The notes under the pieces are model-generated. The model searched no databases, was not told the DNA's origin, and saw nothing but the letters and a program-made list of their open reading frames with translations. The translations under genes and the position numbers were made by a program. 64,000 nt of DNA. It comes from Patescibacteria group bacterium (GTDB lineage Bacteria; Patescibacteriota; Patescibacteriia; SG8-24). The DNA lies in assembly GCA_028714475.1 (NCBI GenBank), contig JAQTNC010000005.1:6857-70856 (forward strand), written 5' to 3'. Shown here piece by piece: positions 35,115 through 43,870 of the stretch (the stretch's first letter is position 1; each line of letters opens with the position of its first letter).

Positions 35115-35654
35115 CTAGTTGTCGCCGGCGTAGAGGTTGTAGCCCAGGCCGTCCGGCGTGACCGTGCCGTCGGGGTCCTTGGTGAACTCGACGACACAGT
35201 TGCCCTCGGCGTAGCAGGTCAGCCACTTCGCGTCGTCCGGCGCGAAGGTCCGGACGTCGCGGATCGTGAGAGAGTCGATCGGCGCGATGGTGTGGCTGCC
35301 GTCGTCCCTGGTGACCGTCATGAACCGGCCCATGTATTGGCCCGGCCTGAAGTGGGACAGGGACAGGTCCAGGTAGTAGTTCCCGCTCACCTCGAACACC
35401 ACTTCCATCCCCAGGCCGTCCGGACCAGCGTAGTGGAACTCCGCGGCGGGATTGCCGTCGAAGTACTCGCCATTCACGACCATCATGCCTACGCAGTTGT
35501 CGCAGGCGTCCGGCGCGGCTCGGACGAGCCACTGGGGCGTCGCGAAGTCCACGAACTCGACGGTGGCGACCTCCTCGTCGTCCGGCGTGGCGGTTTGGTT
35601 GGCGCAGCCAGCGCCGACGATGGAGGATAAAAAGGCCAGGACGTACCAAAACAT
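35115..35654 (-). CDS. hypothetical lipoprotein
   Basis: Internal Met gives MFWYVLAFLSSIVGAGCANQTA (signal peptide plus lipobox-like AGC). The remainder is beta-rich and secreted. Confidence 0.45.
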   Translation of the reverse strand: MFWYVLAFLSSIVGAGCANQTATPDDEEVATVEFVDFATPQWLVRAAPDACDNCVGMMVVNGEYFDGNPAAEFHYAGPDGLGMEVVFEVSGNYYLDLSLSHFRPGQYMGRFMTVTRDDGSHTIAPIDSLTIRDVRTFAPDDAKWLTCYAEGNCVVEFTKDPDGTVTPDGLGYNLYAGDN

Positions 35655-35844
35655 CTCTTTGCTTGTGTTCACTGTCTGCTCCGTTTCTGTTTGGGCGCCA
35701 AACGAGCGCCGAAGTTGAGGGAAATATAACAAAAAACGCCCCTTTTGTCAAGGGGTGGCCGACCGGCGATTAGGGCGATAATAAGAACGAGACCGCAAGG
35801 GCGGTCTCGGGATACCCGGACAAAACCGGGCTAAGGCTCGACTT

Positions 35845-36456
35845 TCAGCGACGTCGGCGGAGCTGGAGAACGCGACCCTTCTGGTGCAACAGGGTGAGAA
35901 CCTCGCGCGCCTCATCGAAGGTCGTCACGATGACGCCGCCGGAATCATGGATGAAGTATTCGACCTGCAAGTTGACGAGGCTGCCCTCGTTGTCGGCCGC
36001 CAAGCGGAAGTCGCCGCGGTAGCCGACGATTGTCTTTCCGGCCGCCGAGCCGTAGCCGATTTCTGCCGCCGTGCCGCTGTCCACGTCCGTGCCGTCGAGC
36101 ACCGCGAACATGCTGTGACAGCCAAGAATGGCGCCGGCGTTGTTTTCGCCGAAAACGCGATTCAACTTTGCCCAGGCACGCTTCCGACGCACGCCGTATG
36201 GCATGGCCAGTACCGAGTTGACTTGAGCCTGCGGTGTCAGCGTCCATGGGTCAATTGGTTCGTAGCCGATCCGCGTCACCATCTGGACGATTTTTTCGTG
36301 GAAAGCCCGTCCGACTTCGGAAAAGCCGAGCGGTCCCGCCAGGTACAGTCTGTGTTTGTGGCTTAGCAGGTTGTTCAAGGCTTGCCTCCTTTGACGGTAA
36401 ATTACGCCCTGGTCTCGGAAAAAACAAGAGGCGTCCGACGGATGGTCGGACACCAA
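35845..36456 (-). CDS. nucleoside 2-deoxyribosyltransferase family protein
   Basis: RLYLAGPLGFSEVGRAFHEKIVQMVTRIGYEPIDPW matches the family N-terminal signature (YLAGP.F). The start codon is uncertain. Confidence 0.6.
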   Translation of the reverse strand: MVSDHPSDASCFFRDQGVIYRQRRQALNNLLSHKHRLYLAGPLGFSEVGRAFHEKIVQMVTRIGYEPIDPWTLTPQAQVNSVLAMPYGVRRKRAWAKLNRVFGENNAGAILGCHSMFAVLDGTDVDSGTAAEIGYGSAAGKTIVGYRGDFRLAADNEGSLVNLQVEYFIHDSGGVIVTTFDEAREVLTLLHQKGRVLQLRRRR

Positions 36457-36489
36457 CAGGCTTGCGGTCGACGCAGCGGAGCGCCGGCA

Positions 36490-36771
36490 TCACCGAAACC
36501 GGATGATGCGGTAGAAATGAATGGCCCGTGCGGTATTGAGCCAAAGGCCGATGTAGGAGTGTTCGGTCACCACACCGACGGCGCCGATACCGGGAGCGCT
36601 CACGGCAGCCACGGCCTCGCGCAAAGTCATGGTCTTGCCATTGAGTGTGGCGGCAACCTTCACGATTTCATGGGGCAGGGGAGCGGCGGCTCCCAGCTGT
36701 CCAGGATGCGGATCGTAGAAAAACCGTGTTTCGCCGAGCAGGGCGGGATCACAGTCAGCGGGTTGGATCAT
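36490..36771 (-). CDS. hypothetical small protein
   Basis: 93-aa ORF between divergently oriented genes. No recognisable motif; may be non-coding. Confidence 0.2.
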   Translation of the reverse strand: MIQPADCDPALLGETRFFYDPHPGQLGAAAPLPHEIVKVAATLNGKTMTLREAVAAVSAPGIGAVGVVTEHSYIGLWLNTARAIHFYRIIRFR

Positions 36772-37031
36772 GGCGTTTTCCTCGTTGTCGCGGAAAGAGC
36801 TTCTTGCGATATGTTACAGCGCGGTTGCCGGAGGGTCAAAACGTTTGCCTCAAGACTGATCATATCCCCAGTTTTTTCGGGGACAGTCCCCATGAAAATT
36901 GGGGATAGGTCGGTTTTTTGTACGGAATGGGCGGATGAATTGAAATCGCCGTCTCCTCAAGGGCAGGGGACGGCGCTTCGGCAAGAAGGCAAGCGGTTTT
37001 TGCGTCGTTGGCTAGGTAAGCGACGCGGCTA

Positions 37032-37059
37032 TTGACACCCCCTTTTGACCATATATAAT
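37032..37059 (+). promoter_or_regulatory. sigma70-type promoter TTGACA-16-TATAAT for the hrcA operon
   Basis: Consensus -35 TTGACA and -10 TATAAT read directly. The -10 abuts the CIRCE left arm. Confidence 0.6.
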
Positions 37060-37085
37060 TAGCACTCGGAGGGGTGGAGTGCTAA
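37059..37085 (+). promoter_or_regulatory. CIRCE operator TTAGCACTC-N9-GAGTGCTAA (HrcA binding site)
   Basis: Perfect match to the CIRCE consensus inverted repeat with a 9-nt spacer, 20 bp upstream of the hrcA start. Confidence 0.9.
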
Positions 37086-37104
37086 AACCCCAGTCGAGCG
37101 ATTT

Positions 37105-37824
37105 ATGCCTCAATCACCGGAAAAACGCCGCAAGCAGGTTTTCCGCGCCGTGGTCCGCGAGTACGTGGATTCGGCCGAGCCGGTCGGGTCGGAAACGATC
37201 CTGGCCAAGTATGCTTTTGGCGTTTCCTCGGCCACGCTCCGCCACGACCTCGCTGATTTGGTCGAGCAGGGCTTGCTCGTCCAGCCGCACACTTCGGCCG
37301 GGCGCGTTCCGACTGAAAGCGGCTACCGCTCCTATGTCGAGCAATTTGTCCGCGAGGCGGTGCTGGCCGAACGTCAGCGTCAGGCCATTGTTGCGGCGAT
37401 GTCGGCCTTCGAGGCGCAACGCGAAACCGCCGCGCGATCCTTCGCGCGCATGGTGGCGGAGATGACCGGCGATGCGGTCGTATTGCGCCTGAATCCGGAG
37501 GAAACGCTTTTCTCCGGCCTCTCGAACCTCGCGGCCAAACCGGAATCGCAACTGACGCCGCTCATGCTGGAGTTGTCGCGCGCCCTCGACGAGATTGAGG
37601 CGACGATGGAGGAAGTGCGCCGGCGCCTGTCGCAGGACGTCGCGGTCTTCATCGGCCACGACAATCCATTCGGCCAGGAATTTGCCGGCGTCTTCACCGA
37701 GCTGGCCGTGCCCGGCGTCGGCGCCACGACCATCGGCGTCGTCGGCCCGAAGCGCATGGACTACGACCGCAACGTCGCGCTCCTCCGGTTCCTGAAGGAA
37801 AGCGGCGGAGAAGATAATGAATAA
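37105..37824 (+). CDS. hrcA: heat-inducible transcription repressor HrcA (short form, 239 aa)
   Basis: N-terminal wHTH region RKQVFRAVVREYVDSAEPVGSETILAKY..GVSSATLRHDLADLVEQGLLVQPHTSAGRVPTESGYRSYV matches HrcA. A CIRCE element lies immediately upstream. Confidence 0.8.
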   Translation: MPQSPEKRRKQVFRAVVREYVDSAEPVGSETILAKYAFGVSSATLRHDLADLVEQGLLVQPHTSAGRVPTESGYRSYVEQFVREAVLAERQRQAIVAAMSAFEAQRETAARSFARMVAEMTGDAVVLRLNPEETLFSGLSNLAAKPESQLTPLMLELSRALDEIEATMEEVRRRLSQDVAVFIGHDNPFGQEFAGVFTELAVPGVGATTIGVVGPKRMDYDRNVALLRFLKESGGEDNE

Positions 37825-37859
37825 TATGTAGCGGGCGGGCTTGCCCCGCCACCACCGAC

Positions 37860-38519
37860 ATGCCAGACGAAACCAACAACCCAAACGAGTGCGAGTTCAA
37901 GGAAGAGTGTTGCAGCGGCGGCGCCTGTGATTGCATGAGTGGCGTGTGCAGCAACGATTGTCGTTGCACCGACGCTCAGGGATCCGCCGCTCCGGCGAAA
38001 TCCGGAATTCAGAATAAGGATGAACCGCAGGCTTCCGCGCCAGCCGACGAACTCGCCGCGGCCAAAGCCCAGGCCGCCGAATATCTCGATGGCTGGAAGC
38101 GCGCCATGGCCGATTATGCCAACCTCAAGAAGGAATCCGAGCGCGAAAAGGCGGAAATGGCCAAGTTCGCCGCCGCGATTCTTGTGAGGGAAATCTTGCC
38201 CGCGCTCGACAGCCTCAAGCAGGCGTCAGCGGAGAATCCGTTCGCATCCGTGGGCGGGGAGACGCCGGACGCGGCCAAGGTGATGGCGTGGGCCGCTGGC
38301 GTCGGCAACGTCGCGGCGCAGCTCCAAGCCGCGCTCAAGAAGGCCGGCGTCGAAGCCATCGAGGAACCCGGCGCCCCATTTGACCCGCACATTCACGAAG
38401 CCGTGACCACGCGCAAGGAAGAGGGGAAAGCCTCTGGCTTGGTTCTGGAAGTCCTGCAGCCCGGTTACCGCATGAGCGACCGCATCATCCGCGCCGCGAA
38501 GGTGGTTGTGAGTGAATGA
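37860..38519 (+). CDS. grpE: nucleotide exchange factor GrpE with an unusual Cys-rich N-terminal extension
   Basis: The GrpE core (AEYLDGWKRAMADYANLKKESEREK ... PGYRMSDRIIRAAKVVVSE) is preceded by NPNECEFKEECCSGGACDCMSGVCSNDCRC, which carries 9 Cys in about 30 residues. Confidence 0.85.
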   Translation: MPDETNNPNECEFKEECCSGGACDCMSGVCSNDCRCTDAQGSAAPAKSGIQNKDEPQASAPADELAAAKAQAAEYLDGWKRAMADYANLKKESEREKAEMAKFAAAILVREILPALDSLKQASAENPFASVGGETPDAAKVMAWAAGVGNVAAQLQAALKKAGVEAIEEPGAPFDPHIHEAVTTRKEEGKASGLVLEVLQPGYRMSDRIIRAAKVVVSE

Positions 38520-39066
38520 TATGGCCGTGAACATCACCTATTTCGTCCACGGCACGACTACGGACAACGAGAAAGAGATTTCTTCCGGCTGGTCCGACGT
38601 CGAATTATCCGAAACGGGCATCATGCAGTCGGTGGGACTAAAGGAGAAAATCAAAGGGGAAAAATTCGACGTCGTCTTCTGTTCTGACCTGAAACGCGCT
38701 GTGGCATCCGCAAAACTGACTTTCGAAGGGGGAATCGAAATCATCCCCGACCAAAGACTGCGCGAATGCAATTATGGCGATTACAATGGCCGACCATCAG
38801 CCATCGTCGAACCGTTGCAGGAAAAAAGCGTTTTCGAGCGTCTGCCTAATGGCGAAAGTTACGAAGACGTCAAAAATCGCGTCGCCGAGTTCCTCAAATA
38901 CCTGAAAGAAAATTACGACGGCAAACACGTTGCCATTGTCGCCCACAAGGGGCCGCAACTCGCCCTCGATGTCCTGCTGAAAGGAAAAACTTGGGAGCAG
39001 GCCTTCGCGGAAGACTGGCGGAAACGTCATGCCTGGCAACCCGGCTGGGAATATCAAATCAATTAA
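38512..39066 (+). CDS. histidine phosphatase superfamily protein (phosphoglycerate-mutase-like) inserted in the hrcA-grpE-dnaK operon
   Basis: NITYFVHGTTTDNE...DVELSETGIMQS...VVFCSDLKRAVASA...AIVAHKGPQ follows the branch-1 histidine phosphatase layout. The catalytic Arg of the RHG motif is replaced (VHG). Overlaps the grpE end by 8 nt. Lower GC than its neighbours. Confidence 0.55.
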   Translation: MNDMAVNITYFVHGTTTDNEKEISSGWSDVELSETGIMQSVGLKEKIKGEKFDVVFCSDLKRAVASAKLTFEGGIEIIPDQRLRECNYGDYNGRPSAIVEPLQEKSVFERLPNGESYEDVKNRVAEFLKYLKENYDGKHVAIVAHKGPQLALDVLLKGKTWEQAFAEDWRKRHAWQPGWEYQIN

Positions 39067-39107
39067 TAACTAGCACCTAGAACCTAGCACCTAGAACCTA
39101 ATCTCAT

Positions 39108-41036
39108 ATGCCAAAAATCCTCGGTATCGATCTCGGTACAACCAATTCCTGCATGGCCGTCATCGAGGGCGGTCAGCCGAAAGTGTTAGAGAACAAGGAA
39201 GGCGCGCGCACCACGCCGTCCGTCATCGCCGTCACCAAGACCGGCGAGCGGCTCGTCGGCCAGGTCGCCAAGCGTCAGTCGGTCGTGAACCCGGAGAACA
39301 CGCTCTATTCCATCAAGCGGCTCATCGGCCGCCGCTGGAGCGACCCGGAAACCCAGCACGAGGCCCAGCTCCTGCCGTTCAAGCTCGTGCAGTCCGGCGA
39401 CGGCGTGAAGGTCACGATGGCCGGCAAGGAATACAGCCCGCAGGAGATTTCCGCCATGGTGCTCCAGAAGCTCAAGGCCGACGCGGAAGAGAAGCTCGGC
39501 GAAGCGATCACCGAGGCGGTCATCACCGTGCCGGCGTACTTCGACGACGCCCAGCGCCAGGCGACGAAAGTCGCGGGCGAGATTGCCGGCCTCAACGTCA
39601 AGCGCATCATCAACGAGCCGACCGCGGCCGCCCTCGCCTACGGTTTCGACAAGAAGACCGGCGGCAAGATCGTCGTCTATGACCTCGGCGGCGGCACCTT
39701 CGACGTGTCGGTGCTCGACATCGCCAGCGACACGGTGGAAGTGAAGGCGACCAACGGCGACACGCATCTCGGCGGCGACGACTTCGACCAGCGCCTCATC
39801 AAGTGGGTGATTGACGAGTTCCGCCGCGACCAGGGCATTGACCTCTCGAAGGACGTGCTCGCGGTCCAGCGCATCAAGGAGGCCGTGGAAAAGGCCAAGA
39901 TTGAGCTTTCGACCACGGCCGACACGGAAATCAACCAGCCGTTCATCACTTCCGACGCCGCTGGGCCGAAGCATTTATTGATGAAACTCTCGCGCGCCAA
40001 GCTGGAAGAGTTGGTCGGCGATTTGGTCGAGAAGACTTTGGAACCGTGCCGCAAGGCGCTCGCTGACGCCAAGATGACGGTTGCTGACGTGTCCGAAGTG
40101 GTCATGGTCGGCGGCATGACGCGCATGCCTTTGGTGCTTCAGACGGTCGAGAAATTCTTCAACAAGAAACCGAACGTCACCGTGAATCCGGACGAGGTCG
40201 TGGCCATGGGCGCGGCCGTGCAGGCTGGCGTGCTTCAGGGCGAGGTGCGCGACGTGCTCCTGCTCGACGTGACCCCGCTGTCTTTGGGCCTCGAGACTCT
40301 CGGCGGCGTGATGACGCGGCTCATCGAGCGCAACACCACCATTCCGACTTCCAAGACCCAGACTTTCTCGACTGCCGCCGACAACCAGTCGTCGGTGGAA
40401 ATCCACGTCCTCCAGGGCGAGCGCGATTTCTCCGCGGACAACAAGACGCTCGGCCGGTTCATTTTGGACGGCATTCCGCCAGCGCCACGCGGTATCCCGC
40501 AGGTGGAGGTGAAGTTCGACATTGACGCGAACGGCATCCTGTCTGTCTCCGCGAAGGAGAAGGTGACGGGCAAGGAACAGAAGATCGTCATCACGGCTTC
40601 GACTGGTTTGTCCAAGGACGAGGTGGAGCGGATGAAGAAGGATGCGGAGATGCACGCGGCCGAGGACAAGGCGAAGAAGGAGCTGGTCGAGCTCAAGAAC
40701 AACGCCGAGACGATGATCTACACGACCGAGAAGATGATGAAGGAATACGGCGACAAGGTTCCGGCCGACCAGAAGTCTGGCATCGAGGAAAAGCTCGCGG
40801 CCCTGAAGGCGGTGAAGGATGGCACGGACGCCGAGGCGATCAAGAAGGCGGCTTCGGACCTAACCGACCTAGCCACCAAAGTCGGCGGCGAGATGTACCA
40901 GAAGGAAATGGAAGAAAAGAACAAGGCGTCTGGCGCAGCCCCAGCCGGTGACCAACCGCCTGCTGGTGGTGAGTCGGGCGGCGATAAACCGTCTGGCGAC
41001 GGCCCCATCGATGCTGACTTCACGGAGAAAAAGTGA
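39108..41036 (+). CDS. dnaK: molecular chaperone DnaK (Hsp70)
   Basis: 642 aa. Signatures: [33 protein letters not shown], and a C-terminal Gly/Ala-rich tail. Confidence 0.97.
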   Translation: MPKILGIDLGTTNSCMAVIEGGQPKVLENKEGARTTPSVIAVTKTGERLVGQVAKRQSVVNPENTLYSIKRLIGRRWSDPETQHEAQLLPFKLVQSGDGVKVTMAGKEYSPQEISAMVLQKLKADAEEKLGEAITEAVITVPAYFDDAQRQATKVAGEIAGLNVKRIINEPTAAALAYGFDKKTGGKIVVYDLGGGTFDVSVLDIASDTVEVKATNGDTHLGGDDFDQRLIKWVIDEFRRDQGIDLSKDVLAVQRIKEAVEKAKIELSTTADTEINQPFITSDAAGPKHLLMKLSRAKLEELVGDLVEKTLEPCRKALADAKMTVADVSEVVMVGGMTRMPLVLQTVEKFFNKKPNVTVNPDEVVAMGAAVQAGVLQGEVRDVLLLDVTPLSLGLETLGGVMTRLIERNTTIPTSKTQTFSTAADNQSSVEIHVLQGERDFSADNKTLGRFILDGIPPAPRGIPQVEVKFDIDANGILSVSAKEKVTGKEQKIVITASTGLSKDEVERMKKDAEMHAAEDKAKKELVELKNNAETMIYTTEKMMKEYGDKVPADQKSGIEEKLAALKAVKDGTDAEAIKKAASDLTDLATKVGGEMYQKEMEEKNKASGAAPAGDQPPAGGESGGDKPSGDGPIDADFTEKK

Positions 41037-41056
41037 CGCGCAATTCCTTAATGCGC

Positions 41057-41103
41057 GTCATCCCGGGCGACCCCGGCTAAATGCCGGGGGAGACCCGGGA
41101 ACC
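41057..41103. repeat. 47-bp GC-rich REP/MITE-like element; an exact inverted copy is at 61027-61073
   Basis: GTCATCCCGGGCGACCCCGGCTAAATGCCGGGGGAGACCCGGGAACC at 41057 equals the reverse complement of 61027-61073. The flanks are also related (CGCGCAATTCC..AATG). Confidence 0.8.
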
Positions 41104-41635
41104 ATTCCGCTTAATATTCCCCTGAGCGAAGTCGAAGGACATTCCTAATATCCACCACCCCCGCGACCTGTCCCCCGAAGCCCGGAGGGCGAAGGGGGAA
41201 AGCGGGAATCCAGAAAAAAGCAGCTCCCGCCGGGCGGACCCGCTTCCGTCGACAGCGCTCGCGCTGGATGCGTAATTGCGCGAGCGATTGTCTCCGGAAC
41301 CGGCTCCGCCCGGCGGTCGCCTCGGAAGCACCTTCCACCAACCAAATAAAAGCATGCGCTCGGCCTGCGGAGGCGACACATTAGGCGTCGCCTGGCCTCG
41401 CGAGCAGACGACAAGTTGTCCGCAAGGAAAGTTATATAACCGTAGCGGCGGGGCTTGCCCCCGCACCACCACAAATATTCCCTGAGCGGAGTCTCCCGAA
41501 GGGAGACGAAGTCGAAGGGCATTCCTTAATTCACATGCTCATCTCAGTCATCATCGTCGTCGTCGTAATCGTCGGCGTCACACTGTATTTCGCTACCAGA
41601 CATGAAGGCTAGGCCAATTTGTTATTTCCTGAAGT

Positions 41636-42004
41636 ATGAAATACATCGTAAAAAAATTTGAGCTTGACTTACTTGATCCAAAAATCAGAAAGTCACCAGA
41701 GAGCTTGAGCGAACTTTTGGCTGATGATTTTTTCGAATTTACCCAGAGTGGCACGGCCTGCACAAAAAAGGACATCATCGAGGTTCTACCAACTCTTCCG
41801 GAAGAAAATATTTCGGTGCGTGATTATCAGGAAAAGTTATTAGCGCCGAATTTAATATTAGTTCATTACATCGCAGACCGACTTGTTCCGTCGAGCGGCC
41901 TGAAACGAACCACCTTATGTAGTTCTATTTGGAAAAACATCAGAGGTCGTTGGCAAATGGTGTTTTTCCAGGGAACCCCAGCCTTAATGTCTAGCAGCGG
42001 CTAA
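41636..42004 (+). CDS. DUF4440/NTF2-like (SnoaL-like) small protein, tentative
   Basis: 122 aa; AT-rich. The segment LLADDFFEFTQSGTACTKKDII resembles the DUF4440 core. Low-confidence family assignment. Confidence 0.35.
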   Translation: MKYIVKKFELDLLDPKIRKSPESLSELLADDFFEFTQSGTACTKKDIIEVLPTLPEENISVRDYQEKLLAPNLILVHYIADRLVPSSGLKRTTLCSSIWKNIRGRWQMVFFQGTPALMSSSG

Positions 42005-42046
42005 GCGCCCCTAGGCAACAACGCTCCTAGCATATATCCTCCCGCC

Positions 42047-42571
42047 ATGAAATCCACCCCCAACAACCTTGCCTTCATCGATGGCCAGAATCTCTACATG
42101 GGCACGACGTCGCCGGACGGCGGCTCGTGGCGGGTTGATTTGACCAAGTTTCGCGTCTACCTGAATCAGAAGTATGGCGTGAGCAAGGCCCTGTATTTTC
42201 TGGGTTACGTCAACGAGAATTTCCAGGAGCTTTACGAGGAAATTCAGGCGGCCGGATTCATTCTCGTCTTCAAACAGCACACTGCCGCCATGATGGGGCA
42301 GAAGAAGGGCAACGTCGATACCGATATCGTCTTCAATATCATGCGGCGGCTGTATAAGAAGGACGATTTTGAGAAGATCGTTCTGGTGTCTGGGGACGGT
42401 GACTACAAGAACTTGGTCGATTTCCTGATTGAAGAGGGTCGGCTGGAAAAAGTCCTGGCACCGTGCCGCAAGAGAGCGTCCTCATTATACAAGCAGATCG
42501 GGTCAGAATATTTCGACTGTCTCGACAGCGATGACATCAAACGCAAGATTGAAAAAGTTAAACAAAAATAA
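42047..42571 (+). CDS. NYN domain (LabA-like/PIN-like) protein
   Basis: LAFIDGQNLYMG at the N-terminus and KIVLVSGDGDYKNLVDFL match the NYN/LabA signature (FIDG.NL ... LVSGD.D). Confidence 0.7.
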   Translation: MKSTPNNLAFIDGQNLYMGTTSPDGGSWRVDLTKFRVYLNQKYGVSKALYFLGYVNENFQELYEEIQAAGFILVFKQHTAAMMGQKKGNVDTDIVFNIMRRLYKKDDFEKIVLVSGDGDYKNLVDFLIEEGRLEKVLAPCRKRASSLYKQIGSEYFDCLDSDDIKRKIEKVKQK

Positions 42572-42684
42572 GAGGGGCTCCTTAGGCAGTTAGCCGTTCG
42601 GATCCCCCCTCGTCGTGATGACTAAAGCATACTACATAACGTATACCCCGTCAAGACCATAAAGACCGTCAAATATACAATAAT

Positions 42685-42981
42685 ATGACCCAACCCATCC
42701 AACCCCAGCAAAATCAGCTTCAGATAAAGGCTGACGACAAGATCCTCCAAGGCGTCTATTCGAACGCGATGCAGGTTCAGCACTCCAAGGAGGAATTCGT
42801 GATAGACTTCATGAACCTGTTCCCGCCGGCGGGGACGCTGAATGCGCGGGTCATTGTTTCGCCGGGACACCTCAAGCGGATGATCGCCGCGCTCGCCGAG
42901 AACCTCGCGAAGTACGAAGGGAACTTCGGCAAGATCGACACGGCGCAGGAACCGGCGGAGATCGGCTTCGCGGCGAAATAG
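42685..42981 (+). CDS. DUF3467 family protein
   Basis: 98 aa. Pattern IKADDKILQGVYSNAMQVQHSKEEFVIDFMNLFPP...ARVIVSPGHLKRMIAALAENLAKYEGNFG matches the DUF3467 consensus as remembered. Confidence 0.5.
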   Translation: MTQPIQPQQNQLQIKADDKILQGVYSNAMQVQHSKEEFVIDFMNLFPPAGTLNARVIVSPGHLKRMIAALAENLAKYEGNFGKIDTAQEPAEIGFAAK

Positions 42982-43060
42982 CCACAATAATATTCCCCGA
43001 GCGGAGCCCTGCACCGGAGCGGAGCGACTGGTGCGGGGCGGAGTCGAGGGGGGCTTCCTT

Positions 43061-43753
43061 ATGGGCTTGATGGAAAATTACCAGCAATCGGAAAGTCCGA
43101 AAGCAAAAAGGGGAATGCCAAAGGGCGTCAAAGCGGCGCTCCTGTTGGGCGCGCTCGCCGCGATCGCGCTGGCCTACGTTTACGGCTACGGACAGTTGAC
43201 CAAGCGGTTGCAGACATCAAAGCCGCCCGCCGAGGCCAACCAACCGAACCAACAGACCGACAATGAATTGAAGGCGCAGACCATCATCTATGTCGGCGCG
43301 GTGGCGGATACGGTCGCGCCGACCATCCGCGACCTGTACGACTTCGGCATGAAGATTCAGAACGCCCATGAACTCAAGGACACAGCCACGGCCGAGGACA
43401 TGGCGAAGCTCGTCAGGAGAACCTGCACCACCGCCCTGAACGCGGATGTCGCCGCCCAACTGGCCATGGTTCAGAGCCAGCCGGTCAGCGTCACGCGCTT
43501 TTCCGCCACCACCGCCAAGCTGACCACGGCTATCGGGAACTTCCAAAAGTTCTGCGCCAACGCCGCGCTGACGTCCTACGACGCCGACGTCGTGAACCTC
43601 GGCAAGGACGAATACCTGCCCTACGTCGCATCGCTAATTGAAGTCGGCACCACCCTCGACACCGACTATGCGGCTCTCACCGCCGCCACGCCGAAGATAG
43701 ATTGGAAGGACGTTGAGCCGTGGTACGAAAACGCGTCGCGGTTGATGAAATAA
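43061..43753 (+). CDS. hypothetical membrane-anchored protein
   Basis: About 230 aa with an N-terminal anchor AALLLGALAAIALAYVYGY and a helical Ala/Thr-rich body. Preceded by the TAATATTCCCCGAGCGGAG...GAGTCGAGGGG repeat module. Confidence 0.4.
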   Translation: MGLMENYQQSESPKAKRGMPKGVKAALLLGALAAIALAYVYGYGQLTKRLQTSKPPAEANQPNQQTDNELKAQTIIYVGAVADTVAPTIRDLYDFGMKIQNAHELKDTATAEDMAKLVRRTCTTALNADVAAQLAMVQSQPVSVTRFSATTAKLTTAIGNFQKFCANAALTSYDADVVNLGKDEYLPYVASLIEVGTTLDTDYAALTAATPKIDWKDVEPWYENASRLMK

Positions 43754-43767
43754 GTAATTCGGAAAAA

Positions 43768-43803
43768 CAGGAACCGGCGGAAATCGGCTTCGCCGCTAAG
43801 TAA
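43768..43803 (+). pseudogene. orphan duplicate of the DUF3467 gene 3' end (encodes QEPAEIGFAAK plus stop) with no upstream start
   Basis: CAGGAACCGGCGGAAATCGGCTTCGCCGCTAAGTAA at 43768-43803 versus CAGGAACCGGCGGAGATCGGCTTCGCGGCGAAATAG at 42946-42981. There are 5 differences, all synonymous. The upstream frame hits a stop at about 43714. Confidence 0.5.
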
Positions 43804-43870
43804 AGTTTGTCCTGCACGTGGATTCCCGCTTTCGCGGGAATGACATGATCGGGAAGCGCGTTCAAATTCC

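Noticed and set aside
43826-43870. tRNA-like T-loop sequence GCGTTCAAATTCCA upstream of dnaJ
   Set aside because: No D-arm or anticodon arm, and no acceptor stem ending in CCA context. It is part of a REP-like hairpin (TTCCCGCTTTCGCGGGAA).
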